32,000 nucleotides of DNA from Nitrososphaerota archaeon (GCA_002713205.1 PAVW01000013.1:1-32000), one strand, 5' to 3'; positions 9,595 to 19,879 are shown, counted from the stretch's first letter. Made by a program: numbers and translations. Notes: generated by a model not told the origin, from the letters alone.

Positions 9595-10861
9595 TATTTT
9601 TTGGATTGATAGTGAAAAGAGGAACAAATAATTCATCATCAACGAGTCCACCATGATATCCCTTAAGAGAAGCTTTTTGGTCGGTTCTAAATCTATGCAT
9701 AAGTGTGGCACCTTTACGTGAAAGAACAGTCAAGTCACCTAGAACTGAATCAAGATCTGAATTTATAATATTAGAACCAAAAAATCCCTCTTTAATAAAT
9801 TTACTACTTGGAAAAACATCAAATTGATCTTTATATGGATATAATAGTTGTTGAATTTTTTTTACATCAGAATTATATAGTTTTAAAAATGACGCTCTAG
9901 AATCACCTGAAGGAGGTCGATTAAGATTATCCAAAAAGTGTGGAATGTCCTTGGTAATTATTTGACCAGTCTTATTGACGTGTACTAAACCATGATCACC
10001 TGTTATAAATATACAAACTTTATTTTTATATTGGTTTTTTAAGTTTGATATAAATTCAGTAAGAAATCCATATATTATATTTCGTAATTCACTTTGAACT
10101 TCATCGGTAAATGGACCATACACATGAGAAACTGAATCTAAAACATCCCAATATGCAAAAACAAATGGAGTCTCTTTATTTACTAATTTTGCTAGAGTCA
10201 AAAACATGTCTGAGGAATTAACATAAGGTAAAACATCTGCACCTTTATGTAACATTCTAGATAAAGCACTATTCTTGTATTGCCATCGTGTTAATACCTT
10301 AGATGGTAAACCCATTTTAGATAGAGATTCATATAGAGTATTTTTTGAAAGAAAATTTTCTGGGTTTAAGCCTGATTTTGCCAGTTTATCGCTCATTTTA
10401 TCAGACTCGGGACTAAATCGAATCATATTAGTAATGGTTCCATACTTGCGTAGATACATAGTATGACCAATTATTCCATGTTCTTGAGGAGTCATGCCAG
10501 TATTAACAGTAGTTAAAGCTGTAGATGTAGTTGAAGGAAATGTCGAAGTAATAGGTATTACAACATTATTTTGATAAATTTGATTTAGCTTCTCGTTGTG
10601 AAGAGAACGTTGAAGAAGATTAAATCCTAAACCGTCAACAAGTAATAAAACTATAGATGTGCAACCATCTAATGAGGCTTTTATAGGTTCGTCGTCAATA
10701 ATGTTTTTGCTTTTATTACCAAAATGGTTTAGTATTGTTGGAGAAATATTTGCTAGTGAATATTTTTCATAATGAGGTTTATAATAACATTTGAATTTAG
10801 TGCTAGTAATTTCATCCCAAACTTGTTTCTGAAATTCAGTAAAATCAGAAATCATAAACAT
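9587..10861 (-). CDS. Alkaline-phosphatase-superfamily protein (type I phosphodiesterase / nucleotide pyrophosphatase-like)
   Basis: Motifs LLLVDGLGFN, TSTFPSTTSTALTTVNTGMTPQEHGIIGH and FITGDHG resemble the metal and nucleophile motifs of the NPP/AlkP family. The track start is GTG 10864, and the next codon, ATG 10861-10859, shares 1 nt with the gltX stop TGA. Substrate is unknown. Confidence 0.7.
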   Translation of the reverse strand: MFMISDFTEFQKQVWDEITSTKFKCYYKPHYEKYSLANISPTILNHFGNKSKNIIDDEPIKASLDGCTSIVLLLVDGLGFNLLQRSLHNEKLNQIYQNNVVIPITSTFPSTTSTALTTVNTGMTPQEHGIIGHTMYLRKYGTITNMIRFSPESDKMSDKLAKSGLNPENFLSKNTLYESLSKMGLPSKVLTRWQYKNSALSRMLHKGADVLPYVNSSDMFLTLAKLVNKETPFVFAYWDVLDSVSHVYGPFTDEVQSELRNIIYGFLTEFISNLKNQYKNKVCIFITGDHGLVHVNKTGQIITKDIPHFLDNLNRPPSGDSRASFLKLYNSDVKKIQQLLYPYKDQFDVFPSSKFIKEGFFGSNIINSDLDSVLGDLTVLSRKGATLMHRFRTDQKASLKGYHGGLVDDELFVPLFTINPKNIS

Positions 10862-12600
10862 CACTTATGGGATAATATTGCTAAATTAGGACTGTCAACT
10901 CTACAAAATCCAATTCGATTAAATTGAATTAATTCACCCGTCAGAAGAGATTCACAAGAAGTTTCAGCAAATCCATCATATATTTCATCACTTTCGTCTT
11001 TAAATTGAAAAGAACCATCCGAATTAATAAAAAATTCATCATTGTTTGGAATCCTAAGTTTAAAGGGTATTCCATCAATCGCCACCCAATGAATTTTTCT
11101 AACCTTAGGTATAGGTTTACGGCTATCAAAATCAGCTTCAATAATCATTTTAGTCTTTTTCTTAATTTCAATATTAAACAAATCCATAAGTCTAATCACT
11201 TCGCCTTCTGAAGAATTGATTAGATCTTCACTAGAAACCCAAAATTCATCTGATATAATTATAGTTCTGGAACCAAGATTTTCAGTTGGATGATGTTTCA
11301 GAGTAACCGAGTGTATAGGAACATTTGTAATTTTTAATTTGATAGGATCTTTGACAAAAAAATAACGTTTGTCAGTTTTATCACGTGCTTTACGATTAAA
11401 TGAAGCAATAAGTTCCATACTGGGTGAAGATTCACTTTTACTAATACCTAATGAATCAACAAAATTATTAATACCGTCCACAACAAAACCACGTCGACGA
11501 AGTGCAGAAATTGTAACAAGTCGTGGGTCATTCCATTCTGTTATTTGGCCTTTTTCAATGAGGTTGTTAATTACGCTTTTAGATGTTGGTGAACCTTTCA
11601 TTAATACACGAGAAAAATTAACTAGTGAAGGTCTAGTTTTTACCTTTCCTTGGTCAAATACAATCTTGGTAATTTTATCATATAATTCATTACGTAACTC
11701 AAATTCTTTTGAACGAAGAACGTGAGTAACTTTTTCTAAACAATCAATTATTGGAGCAGTAAGATCGTATGTAGGCCAAATCCTATACTCTGTACCTTTC
11801 CTTGGATGAGGAGAATTTATTATTCTCATCATAGTCGGATCACGCATAGCCGTATTATCTGAATTCATATCTCCTTTAAATCTAATAATTATATTAGACA
11901 ATTCTGGAGAAGAAAAGAATTTTTCTATTTTTTTGCTATGGTTAACAGTATTACGATGTTCGCATTCTTGTTTTTTTAATCTATTAGTTTTTATAATTTC
12001 AGGTGCACAATCACAGATATAGAGATAATTATCAATTAGCATCTTCTTGGTAATTTCATAAATTTGTGGAAGATAATCTGATGAATAAGATATTTTATCA
12101 AATTTGAAGCCCATCCATGCTAAATTATCTTCAATTATTTTATAGAATGTATCATCGACAGCATTTGGATTTGTATCATCAAAACGAAGTAAAAATTTGC
12201 CAGAATGTTGATCAGCATATCTTGCATTTAAACGAAATGCCTTCACATGTCCTATATGTAAATATCCATTTGGATTTGGAGAAAAACGCGTTATTATTTG
12301 TTCATAAGTAGCGAAATTTGGAAGGTCTGGAAGTGAAAATTTTTCATCTTTTTTTGTAGAAGTTTTTGTATTTGGAAAATCTTTCTGAAAGTTTTTAATC
12401 TGTTCGTTCTGACTCATAGAGTTGATTTGATTTAAAATTGGTTTAATTTCAGAAATTAATTGTTTAATATCTAATTTAAGAGTAGAATCTTCTGCAATCA
12501 TCTTATTTATAACAGCACCGAGTTCAGCTTTGCCATTATGTTGTATTGCATTTAACAAACTATGTTTGAATATCAATCTCCGAAGTTTGGAGCTTATCAA
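10861..12600 (-). CDS. gltX: Glutamyl-tRNA synthetase (archaeal type)
   Basis: 579 aa. HIGH-type motif NGYLHIGHVKA. Class I GluRS/GlnRS catalytic core plus a C-terminal beta-barrel region of archaeal length. Confidence 0.9.
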   Translation of the reverse strand: MISSKLRRLIFKHSLLNAIQHNGKAELGAVINKMIAEDSTLKLDIKQLISEIKPILNQINSMSQNEQIKNFQKDFPNTKTSTKKDEKFSLPDLPNFATYEQIITRFSPNPNGYLHIGHVKAFRLNARYADQHSGKFLLRFDDTNPNAVDDTFYKIIEDNLAWMGFKFDKISYSSDYLPQIYEITKKMLIDNYLYICDCAPEIIKTNRLKKQECEHRNTVNHSKKIEKFFSSPELSNIIIRFKGDMNSDNTAMRDPTMMRIINSPHPRKGTEYRIWPTYDLTAPIIDCLEKVTHVLRSKEFELRNELYDKITKIVFDQGKVKTRPSLVNFSRVLMKGSPTSKSVINNLIEKGQITEWNDPRLVTISALRRRGFVVDGINNFVDSLGISKSESSPSMELIASFNRKARDKTDKRYFFVKDPIKLKITNVPIHSVTLKHHPTENLGSRTIIISDEFWVSSEDLINSSEGEVIRLMDLFNIEIKKKTKMIIEADFDSRKPIPKVRKIHWVAIDGIPFKLRIPNNDEFFINSDGSFQFKDESDEIYDGFAETSCESLLTGELIQFNRIGFCRVDSPNLAILSHK

Positions 12601-12604
12601 AATC

Positions 12605-13651
12605 TTACCAATCCCGAGATACTATATATTCAGTTATATTACGTAAAAGTAATTTTGACCTACTATCAGGTAATTGGTCAAAAATCTTGTCGAATTCAGT
12701 TAATGCTGAATGAGAAAATTTATCGGCTATTTCAGTAGCAAATTGTAAAGAATTATATTTATGAATTAATTCAAGTATTGTTTTATAATTTTGTTCTCGC
12801 ATCTGTCTATTTCCACCTAAAATATTTTCTATATTTTCTCTGTCTTTTGTTGAAGCTGATTCAAGTAAGTGAATTAATATCAATGTGCGTTTACCTTCAA
12901 TAAGATCACCGGCAGATTCTTTACCATATTTAGTACCTGCAATTAGATTTAGTATATCATCACGGATTTGAAAAGCAATTCCTAAATCTTCTCCAAAATT
13001 AACAAAGTCATTTTTATTCAAGTCGGTATTTGTAGCGATTAGATTTCCAAGTCTGCAAGGAGTTATACAAGTGTACCAAGCAGTTTTTTTCTTACACATA
13101 ATAAGATAATCATCTTGTTTTATATTCCATTGATTTTCGTGAACCCAAGAGAGTTCCATATGTTGTCCTTCAGTCGTTTCATTAAGCATATTTAGAAATT
13201 CATTAATAACTAACAATGTAGTTTCATCATCCAGAATATCACGATTATGATATAGAAACGACCACATTTTTCCGTGCAGTGCATCACCAGCATTTATTGC
13301 AAGAGGAATAGTATACTTGTGATGAAGTGCAGGTCCACCTCGTCTTAATTCAGATTGATCTTCTACATCATCATGTATCAATATCCAATTTTGAAATAAA
13401 TCAAGTGAGGATGCAGTAATAAGAGCTTTATCTATGGTTCCGCCATATGCTTGGCAAGTAAGTAAACAAACAGAAGAACGTAAGCTTTTTGCTGGTCGAG
13501 AAGGATAATCTTTCATCATTTGATAAAGTAAATTAATTTCATTAATTGAATGTTTTTCAGGTAATAAACGCTGTATGGTTTCATCTACAAGGCGTTTATT
13601 TTCTCGAATTTCTGGTTCGTTTAATATATTTTCAACGTTATTTTTTTTCAT
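12605..13651 (-). CDS. idsA: Polyprenyl (geranylgeranyl) diphosphate synthase
   Basis: First Asp-rich motif LIHDDVEDQSELRRG and second motif FQIRDDILN. The track start GTG 13660 and ATG 13651 are both possible. Either one overlaps the 3' end of the upstream IDI2 gene. Confidence 0.88.
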   Translation of the reverse strand: MKKNNVENILNEPEIRENKRLVDETIQRLLPEKHSINEINLLYQMMKDYPSRPAKSLRSSVCLLTCQAYGGTIDKALITASSLDLFQNWILIHDDVEDQSELRRGGPALHHKYTIPLAINAGDALHGKMWSFLYHNRDILDDETTLLVINEFLNMLNETTEGQHMELSWVHENQWNIKQDDYLIMCKKKTAWYTCITPCRLGNLIATNTDLNKNDFVNFGEDLGIAFQIRDDILNLIAGTKYGKESAGDLIEGKRTLILIHLLESASTKDRENIENILGGNRQMREQNYKTILELIHKYNSLQFATEIADKFSHSALTEFDKIFDQLPDSRSKLLLRNITEYIVSRDW

Positions 13652-14732
13652 TTTTTCCACTAATTTGATGAATCCAAGATGTCAACGGTTCAGTTATAAC
13701 ATATTCTTTAGATTTAAGTTGTTTAATATCTTGAGCGCCGACAAGAAACATTATACTTTTTAGTTGAAAATGTAGATCTTCAATAAATTGTGTTAATGAA
13801 GTATAAGATTTAGAGGCGTGTTTGATCATTGGTTGTGCATATGCACACATTGACGCTCCTAAAATAATACTTTTTGCAAGATCCAATCCATTTCTCATTC
13901 CACCAGAAGAAACTAAAGGTAATTTTACAGATTTTTTAGTAAGAAGCAAACTAGCAGCGGTAGGAATACCCCAGTCCCACAGTAGCAAACCCATATTAAT
14001 TTTGGAAGATAAATTTGCTTTAATTGCACGTTTTTGTTCAATACCTGTCCAGCTTGTGCCACCCAGTCCAGCAACATTAAGAGCACTTACATTATTTTTT
14101 TGTAGTTTCAAAGCTACTTGTGGAGATATTCCACAACCTACTTCCTTTACAATAATAGGTATCTTAAGATCTTTAGATAGTTCATGTATTCGTTTTAAAA
14201 TTCCTCGAAAATTAGGTTCGCCTTCTGGTTGCACAAGTTCTTGTAATGGATTTAAATGAATTGCCAGTGCATCTGCATCAATCATATCGATAAGTTTCAT
14301 TATAGAAGATGTTTTTAACCCTTCGGCTAATTGAGCGCCGCCAATATTAGAAAAAATGAATGCATTTGGAGCATTCTTTCTTACTATTTTAAATGTACTT
14401 GCTAATCGAGAAGATAATAATCCGGCTCGTTGACTTCCAACCCCCATACCAATGTTAAATTGTTCAGCAACCTGTGCTAATCTAGTATTTATTTTTAGCG
14501 CAGCAGGAGTTCCACCTGTCATGGAATCTATAAGGATAGGAATTTGAAAATCATGTCCTAAAAATTTTGTAGATGTATCAATATCTAAGAGATTCAATTC
14601 TGGTAAAGCATTATGAATTGGATGAACACATTCAAATAATGTAGAGATATTTTTAGCTTGAATATTTTGCAATGCAAGATCAATACCTTCTTTTTTTCGA
14701 GTTTCAATTTGTTTATTTGAATTTATAGTCAT
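13638..14732 (-). CDS. fni: Isopentenyl-diphosphate delta-isomerase, type 2 (FMN-dependent)
   Basis: TIM-barrel IDI2 pattern (MTGGT, VKEVGCGIS, SSGGMRNGLDLAKS). The track start is GTG 14741. ATG 14732 lies 1 nt after the IPK stop (TGA 14736-14734) and is preferred. Confidence 0.9.
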   Translation of the reverse strand: MTINSNKQIETRKKEGIDLALQNIQAKNISTLFECVHPIHNALPELNLLDIDTSTKFLGHDFQIPILIDSMTGGTPAALKINTRLAQVAEQFNIGMGVGSQRAGLLSSRLASTFKIVRKNAPNAFIFSNIGGAQLAEGLKTSSIMKLIDMIDADALAIHLNPLQELVQPEGEPNFRGILKRIHELSKDLKIPIIVKEVGCGISPQVALKLQKNNVSALNVAGLGGTSWTGIEQKRAIKANLSSKINMGLLLWDWGIPTAASLLLTKKSVKLPLVSSGGMRNGLDLAKSIILGASMCAYAQPMIKHASKSYTSLTQFIEDLHFQLKSIMFLVGAQDIKQLKSKEYVITEPLTSWIHQISGKNEKK

Positions 14733-14733
14733 T

Positions 14734-15492
14734 TCAATCACCAGTAATTAATGTTCCAATATGTTCGCCATTTAATGCTTTCATAAGCATTCTTGGTCTT
14801 AACCCGTTTGTAATTTGTACATTTGTACCTAATTGAGCAATATCTAATGCTTGTTTTAATTTTGTCTGAATTCCTCCAGTAACATCAAATTTTTGTGTGT
14901 TAAAATTTATAGAATATCGTTTATTTAATTGAACTTTTTTAATTAACGTAGATTTATCGTTAATATCAGAATATATACCATCAATGTCAGATGCAAAAAC
15001 TACATTTCTTGGGTTTAACATACGTGTCAAGTCTTTCACTATTACATCTCCTGAGATTATATAGAAACCTTTACTCCCAAGAATCATATCCCCGTATGTA
15101 ATTGGAACCATATCCATATTGAGCATTTTTTTCAAATAATCCTCCCAATGAAGAAGAATATTTTTTTTATTGTACATTGATATGGGGGAAAATGACAATG
15201 TATTAATTTTATATTTGTTAAAAATTTCAATTATAGAGCTATTCAATTTAATCATTGATTCTCGGATTTGAATAATTGCTTTGGTAGATGTAGTTTGCTT
15301 ATTCGATATTCTGAAACGTTTTGCAAAATAATGGCCAAATGAACCCGCTCCATGAACAACAATAATAGGTTTATCGAATTCACTAATTATTTTGGCAATA
15401 TTTTTTATAGCACGAACATTTAGAGTTTGTGGTTTAGATTTGGCAGTAATTACAGAGCCACCTAATTTTAAAATAATAATATTATTTACCAA
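14734..15492 (-). CDS. ipk: Isopentenyl phosphate kinase
   Basis: Amino-acid-kinase fold motifs ILKLGGSVIT, VVHGAGSFGH and DVTGG. The track ATG 15555 would overlap mvk by 74 nt. TTG 15492 gives MVNNIIILKLGGS, matching the short N-termini of characterised IPKs, with only an 11-nt overlap. The start is uncertain. Confidence 0.85.
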   Translation of the reverse strand: MVNNIIILKLGGSVITAKSKPQTLNVRAIKNIAKIISEFDKPIIVVHGAGSFGHYFAKRFRISNKQTTSTKAIIQIRESMIKLNSSIIEIFNKYKINTLSFSPISMYNKKNILLHWEDYLKKMLNMDMVPITYGDMILGSKGFYIISGDVIVKDLTRMLNPRNVVFASDIDGIYSDINDKSTLIKKVQLNKRYSINFNTQKFDVTGGIQTKLKQALDIAQLGTNVQITNGLRPRMLMKALNGEHIGTLITGD

Positions 15493-16414
15493 AGATGACA
15501 CCCTGTTTAGGCAACTCAATTGAAAATGTTCTAAAACCCAAACTACTAAGCTCATCTATTATTATTTTGATTTTTGTAGAAGGGGCAATGGTAATTATAG
15601 AACCACCACCTCCTGCGCCAGTAATTTTTGCACCATATGCTCCATGTTCTAGACACGTTTCAATCATCATATCAGTTGTCTTTGTAGCTAGTCCAAAACT
15701 TGATAAAATAGAATTATAAAAGTTAATTATTGCACCTAATTTTTTAAGATCGCCATTAACTAAGCAATTAACAGCTTCCTGAGTCAATACTGATGACGAA
15801 TTAACAAGACTTTGGAAATTATGTGGTAATTTATCACTTATACTAGTAAAACGATCAATCATTCTTGATGTTTGTCGTGTTTTTCCACTAATAGAAACTA
15901 TTATGTTCAGTTTATTTAACAAGTCAATATTGGCAGGAACAGTATTTTTATTAAAAAGTATAAGACCACCATAAACACTTGCGGCTACATCAATTCCCGA
16001 AGGATTTCCATGTATAATTTTTTCTCCTTCAAAGGCAATTTCATATAATGTTTTTTTATCTAATTTTTCACCAAATAATGATGCAACAGATGCAGCAGTA
16101 GCCACAGAAATTGCACTTGAAGAACCAAGTCCCGAGCCTCGAGGTATATTAGATTCAATTGTAATCTTAATTTTCTCTTTTCTGTCAAAATATTCGAGTA
16201 TTTTATCTCTTACAACAGAAACGGGATTAATTGGTTTTATTCTAGCATTAAAAACTTGAGTATCAACCCGAGATAGAATGCTGTTTTTATGAGAAATTTC
16301 CGAATAGACTGTCACTGTTTTATCAATTGCAGCGGCTAATGCATTAGAACCATGTACTACAAAATGTTCACCAGAAATTATAATTTTACCTGGAGCTTCA
16401 GCTATAGAAACCAA
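15482..16414 (-). CDS. mvk: Mevalonate kinase
   Basis: GHMP kinase motifs PGKIIISGEHFVVHG, PRGSGLGSSSA and KITGAGGGGS. Confidence 0.93.
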   Translation of the reverse strand: MVSIAEAPGKIIISGEHFVVHGSNALAAAIDKTVTVYSEISHKNSILSRVDTQVFNARIKPINPVSVVRDKILEYFDRKEKIKITIESNIPRGSGLGSSSAISVATAASVASLFGEKLDKKTLYEIAFEGEKIIHGNPSGIDVAASVYGGLILFNKNTVPANIDLLNKLNIIVSISGKTRQTSRMIDRFTSISDKLPHNFQSLVNSSSVLTQEAVNCLVNGDLKKLGAIINFYNSILSSFGLATKTTDMMIETCLEHGAYGAKITGAGGGGSIITIAPSTKIKIIIDELSSLGFRTFSIELPKQGVIFGK

Positions 16415-16488
16415 ATTAAATAAGAAAACACATTACAATAATAAAAGTCAGTTGCGATATTTTAAAATTATTATAAAAAAAAGAAAGT

Positions 16489-17154
16489 CTATTCCTCGTC
16501 GTCGACCAATTTAGTTTCAAAGTCTTCAATATTAAAATTCATTGGTTGATCATGTGATAATTTACCAAGATTTAATAGAACGGATCTAGTTAAGAGCCAC
16601 ATAACTGCTGCAAGAGCTTTTCTTCCACGATTATTTGCGGGTATAATAAAATCAACATTTTCAGTAAGATTATCTGTATCACAAATAGCCAATACAGGAA
16701 CACCAATTTGTGTAGCCTCTGTGACAGCTTGTAAATCCATAGCAGGATCAGTAACTATTACAGCCTCAGGATCTAAATGGTCAGGATATAGAGGATTAGT
16801 AAAGGTACCCGGCATAAAACGACCTGTAAGAGATATGGAATCAGTAATTTCTGCAAATTTACTAACGGGGGTCTTACCATATTCTCGAGAAGAATAAATC
16901 ACTATTCGACTAAGGTCTAATTTAGAAATGAATTTTGCTGCAATTTCAATTCGAGTTAAAGTTTGTGAAACATCAATGATGTGCAGGCCATCAGCACGAG
17001 TTCGACTGACAAACTGTGACATAGATTTAGTTTTAACTAAAGTACCAACTCGAATACCAGTAGATAACAATGCCTTTTCAGAAATATGCTTAATAATTGA
17101 TTCAGTAACTGATACGCTTTCGTCTATTTCATCTGTTTCAATATCAATTGACAT
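16489..17154 (-). CDS. rps2: 30S ribosomal protein S2
   Basis: 221 aa. uS2 pattern (LLSTGIRVGT, PEAVIVTDP, PVLAICDTD, IPANNRGRKALA). The start overlaps the eno stop. Confidence 0.92.
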   Translation of the reverse strand: MSIDIETDEIDESVSVTESIIKHISEKALLSTGIRVGTLVKTKSMSQFVSRTRADGLHIIDVSQTLTRIEIAAKFISKLDLSRIVIYSSREYGKTPVSKFAEITDSISLTGRFMPGTFTNPLYPDHLDPEAVIVTDPAMDLQAVTEATQIGVPVLAICDTDNLTENVDFIIPANNRGRKALAAVMWLLTRSVLLNLGKLSHDQPMNFNIEDFETKLVDDEE

Positions 17155-18412
17155 ATTTTTTTATCCTCGCAATAGGCAACGACATGTCATTATTTATAAA
17201 GTTAGTTTCATCAATACGAATTAATTCGTTTAGTTTAGCAATTCTTTCGCCGCCTACAACCCCACTTTTAATCATTACAGCTCCTGAACCAATTGCAATA
17301 TGAGCTAAATGATTATCAACAGTATCGCCAGAGCGATGAGAAGTAATAATTCCATAGTTATTTTGATTACATAGGTTTGCAAAATCCATCGCATCGCCAA
17401 GTGACCCTGCTTGATTTACCTTTAATATTGCAGAATTTCCAGCTTTTTGTTTAATGCTATTTTTGAGTATAATAGCGTTAGTAACAAAAAGATCATCGCC
17501 CACTATTAAACAGCTTTTATTTTTAGATGAAAGTTCAGAAAAATCAGAAAAAGCCTCTTCATGTAAGGGATCTTCCACATAAATTAGATTATATTTTTCA
17601 ATAAGTTCTAGAATATATGAAATTTGTTCTTCAGTATTAAGAGTCTTATTTTCACGTGAATAAACATAAAGTTTCTTATCAGAATCCCATAGAGACGAAG
17701 AAGCAACGTCCAATCCCAATCTAATTTCAAATCCAACTATATCAGAAACAGTATCAATTGCTTCTTTAGCAACTTCAAGCGCATCTGTATTAGAGAGTTG
17801 CGGTGCCCATGCACCTTCGTCACCTTTACCACCGGGAAACTTTGAGTCTTTTTTATCAAGAATTTTTTTAATTTCTCGATGTACTATAAGATTAGCTTCA
17901 ATTCCAGAACGTATAGAATCTGCACCCAAAGGATAAGAAAGAAATTCTTGAATGTCTGTCGAACCGCTTCCAGCATGCATACCTCCTCCTAATACGTTGC
18001 CTAGAGGTAATGGCATTTCAGGTTGTTTTCCATCTAGAAGGATTTCATAAATCGGTTTGTTAAGACATTTTGATGTAGCATCAATCGCAGCAAGAGATAA
18101 TGCATATGCAGCAGAACCGCCTATATTAGAATAATTTTCTGTGCCATCTATGTCTCTCAATATATCTTTAACTGCATAAATATCTGAAGCGTCAATACCA
18201 ATCAATTTAGTTTTATATTCGTTTAAATAATCTACAGTGTCTTTACAATTAGCATTACGAAATGCAACGGCTTCAAATTTACCTACACTAGCACCAGCAG
18301 GTGAAGAGGCAGTACCAATTATATCAGAAATAAAGATATCAACTTCAATAGTTTCACTGCCACGACTATTATAAATTAAACGTGATTTTATATCTGTAAT
18401 TGTAGGTGTCAT
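17144..18412 (-). CDS. eno: Enolase
   Basis: 422 aa. Motifs IYNSRGSETIEVD, LKVNQAGSL and SHRSGDTVD. Confidence 0.94.
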   Translation of the reverse strand: MTPTITDIKSRLIYNSRGSETIEVDIFISDIIGTASSPAGASVGKFEAVAFRNANCKDTVDYLNEYKTKLIGIDASDIYAVKDILRDIDGTENYSNIGGSAAYALSLAAIDATSKCLNKPIYEILLDGKQPEMPLPLGNVLGGGMHAGSGSTDIQEFLSYPLGADSIRSGIEANLIVHREIKKILDKKDSKFPGGKGDEGAWAPQLSNTDALEVAKEAIDTVSDIVGFEIRLGLDVASSSLWDSDKKLYVYSRENKTLNTEEQISYILELIEKYNLIYVEDPLHEEAFSDFSELSSKNKSCLIVGDDLFVTNAIILKNSIKQKAGNSAILKVNQAGSLGDAMDFANLCNQNNYGIITSHRSGDTVDNHLAHIAIGSGAVMIKSGVVGGERIAKLNELIRIDETNFINNDMSLPIARIKKYVN

Positions 18413-18445
18413 AAAGAATCGTATTTATAAATAATTTTTAACATG

Positions 18446-18688
18446 CTAGTCTTGTGCAAATTCGTTTCTACGTTGAGCAAGGCTTTCGTGGTATTTTAAA
18501 ATTTCATCGATTATATTAGCGTTTGATAACAACATACGTCTACAACAATATCGTTCTACACCAAGATCATCTAAAACTTGCTTTGCATTTTCTCCTTTAT
18601 TCATTCGTGTCTCGAGCTCCTCGAGTTTATCAGCTATTAATCCTCCACAACTAAAACATCTAATAGGAATTTGCAATATATTCACCAT
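18446..18688 (-). CDS. rpoN: DNA-directed RNA polymerase subunit N (Rpo10)
   Basis: Motifs IPIRCFSCG and RYCCRRML (zinc ligands). The track ORF (to 18793) runs through the 3' end of rps9. ATG 18688-18686 gives an 80-aa protein beginning [12 protein letters not shown] and removes the overlap. Confidence 0.9.
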   Translation of the reverse strand: MVNILQIPIRCFSCGGLIADKLEELETRMNKGENAKQVLDDLGVERYCCRRMLLSNANIIDEILKYHESLAQRRNEFAQD

Positions 18689-18695
18689 ATAATTA

Positions 18696-19106
18696 CTAAC
18701 GATACGATTTCTGTTTTCTTCTGCGTGCCCCAGGACCACCGAATTTTTTAGTTTCAGTACGACGAGAATCTCCTGATAAAAGATGTTTATCAAAATTAGT
18801 TATGTTACTACGTAACGCTTTATTGGTTTTAAAATGAACTACGAGAGCTTTAGATATAGCTATAGCACATGCTTCAGCTTGACCCATGTACCCGCCTCCA
18901 GAAACACGTACAGTAATATCAATCGTATTTCTAGAATCACCAATTATCTCTAATGGAGTCAATATTCGTTCTCTTGCCATGAGTGGATTTAATATTTCAA
19001 CGGGTTTTTTATTGATAAATACTCGACCCTTACCTTGACTGATAAAAGCAGCAGCCTTGGCAGTTTTTCGAGATGCAGGAATTATTTTAGATTTTTTTGA
19101 TTTCAA
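18696..19106 (-). CDS. rps9: 30S ribosomal protein S9
   Basis: 136 aa. Motifs [12 protein letters not shown] and a C-terminal [14 protein letters not shown]. Confidence 0.94.
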   Translation of the reverse strand: MKSKKSKIIPASRKTAKAAAFISQGKGRVFINKKPVEILNPLMARERILTPLEIIGDSRNTIDITVRVSGGGYMGQAEACAIAISKALVVHFKTNKALRSNITNFDKHLLSGDSRRTETKKFGGPGARRRKQKSYR

Positions 19107-19554
19107 GTTGATTCTTCCATCCCATTGTTGATGATGATAATTCGCCTATTGTAGTATAATAAGATAATGATTTGGTTGCCTTGGCATTTTTTACAGATAT
19201 TGATTGGATTTTTTCATATTCTGCAGGAACAGAGATATAAACTCTTAAACGTTTTTTTGCTTGAATGCCTGTGGTTTTTTTTCTGGGAAGCATTCCTCTT
19301 ATCATTTTTGTAATATAGGTATCAGGACGTCTAGGATGAAACGGTCCATGTTTAGGATTAACTATACTTCCAATTTCTAATCGTTTTGTGTTTTCAAGAA
19401 ATATATTTTTTCTACTACCAGATATTAAAATTTTTTCGGCATTTATAATTACAACTCTTTGCCCATTTAGTAACATCTTAGAGATATTTGAACATAAGCG
19501 TCCAGCGATATGACCATCACCATCAATTACAATAGGAGAATTTGTATCAGCCAA
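19087..19554 (-). CDS. rpl13: 50S ribosomal protein L13
   Basis: Motifs IVIDGDGHIAGRLCSNISKMLLNGQRVVIINAEKILISG and GMLPRK. The track ATG 19593 overlaps rpl18e by 47 nt. TTG 19554 overlaps by 8 nt and gives MADTNSPIVIDG. The start is uncertain. Confidence 0.88.
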   Translation of the reverse strand: MADTNSPIVIDGDGHIAGRLCSNISKMLLNGQRVVIINAEKILISGSRKNIFLENTKRLEIGSIVNPKHGPFHPRRPDTYITKMIRGMLPRKKTTGIQAKKRLRVYISVPAEYEKIQSISVKNAKATKSLSYYTTIGELSSSTMGWKNQLEIKKI

Positions 19555-19879
19555 CGAGCAATCTAACTCCCTTCCCTTCGGGATTATTTTCAACTAATTG
19601 TTCAATAAACATAATTTTTCCGCCGGCATTAATAATTTTTTGGTGAGCATTTTCAGAAAACGCAGTTGCACCAATAGTAATAGGATGATCAATAACACCA
19701 GTTCCAAGTACTTTACCAGGCATTGCAACTATATCATCTTTGTTGGTGATTTTTGATAATTTACCTATATTTATCTCGTGTTGTTTGTTAAGATGTCTTA
19801 CTACAGCTTTCCAGATTTTGGAATCAGTTTTGCGCATAATTTGTTTGATTGTAATTATACGAGTATCATTAAAAACCAA
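19547..19879 (-). CDS. rpl18e: 50S ribosomal protein L18e
   Basis: 110 aa. An IWKAVVRHL-type N-terminal region and a PGKVLGTG motif. TTG start 2 nt after the rpoD stop. Confidence 0.88.
   Translation of the reverse strand: MVFNDTRIITIKQIMRKTDSKIWKAVVRHLNKQHEINIGKLSKITNKDDIVAMPGKVLGTGVIDHPITIGATAFSENAHQKIINAGGKIMFIEQLVENNPEGKGVRLLVG

Noticed and set aside
11369-11725. 118-aa plus-strand ORF inside gltX, together with the small ORFs at 10941-11141, 11005-11211 and 12117-12311
   Set aside because: All are antisense or out of frame within gltX, and none has a motif. They are shadow ORFs.
13822-14259. 145-aa plus-strand ORF antisense to the IDI2 gene
   Set aside because: It is on the opposite strand of a strongly supported gene, with a Pro/Ser/Cys-rich nonsense-like composition. 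This is a typical antisense open frame.
18689-18793. N-terminal 35 codons of the 115-aa track ORF for rpoN
   Set aside because: This segment overlaps the 3' end of rps9 in another frame and has no homology to RpoN. The internal ATG at 18688 gives a canonical RpoN.
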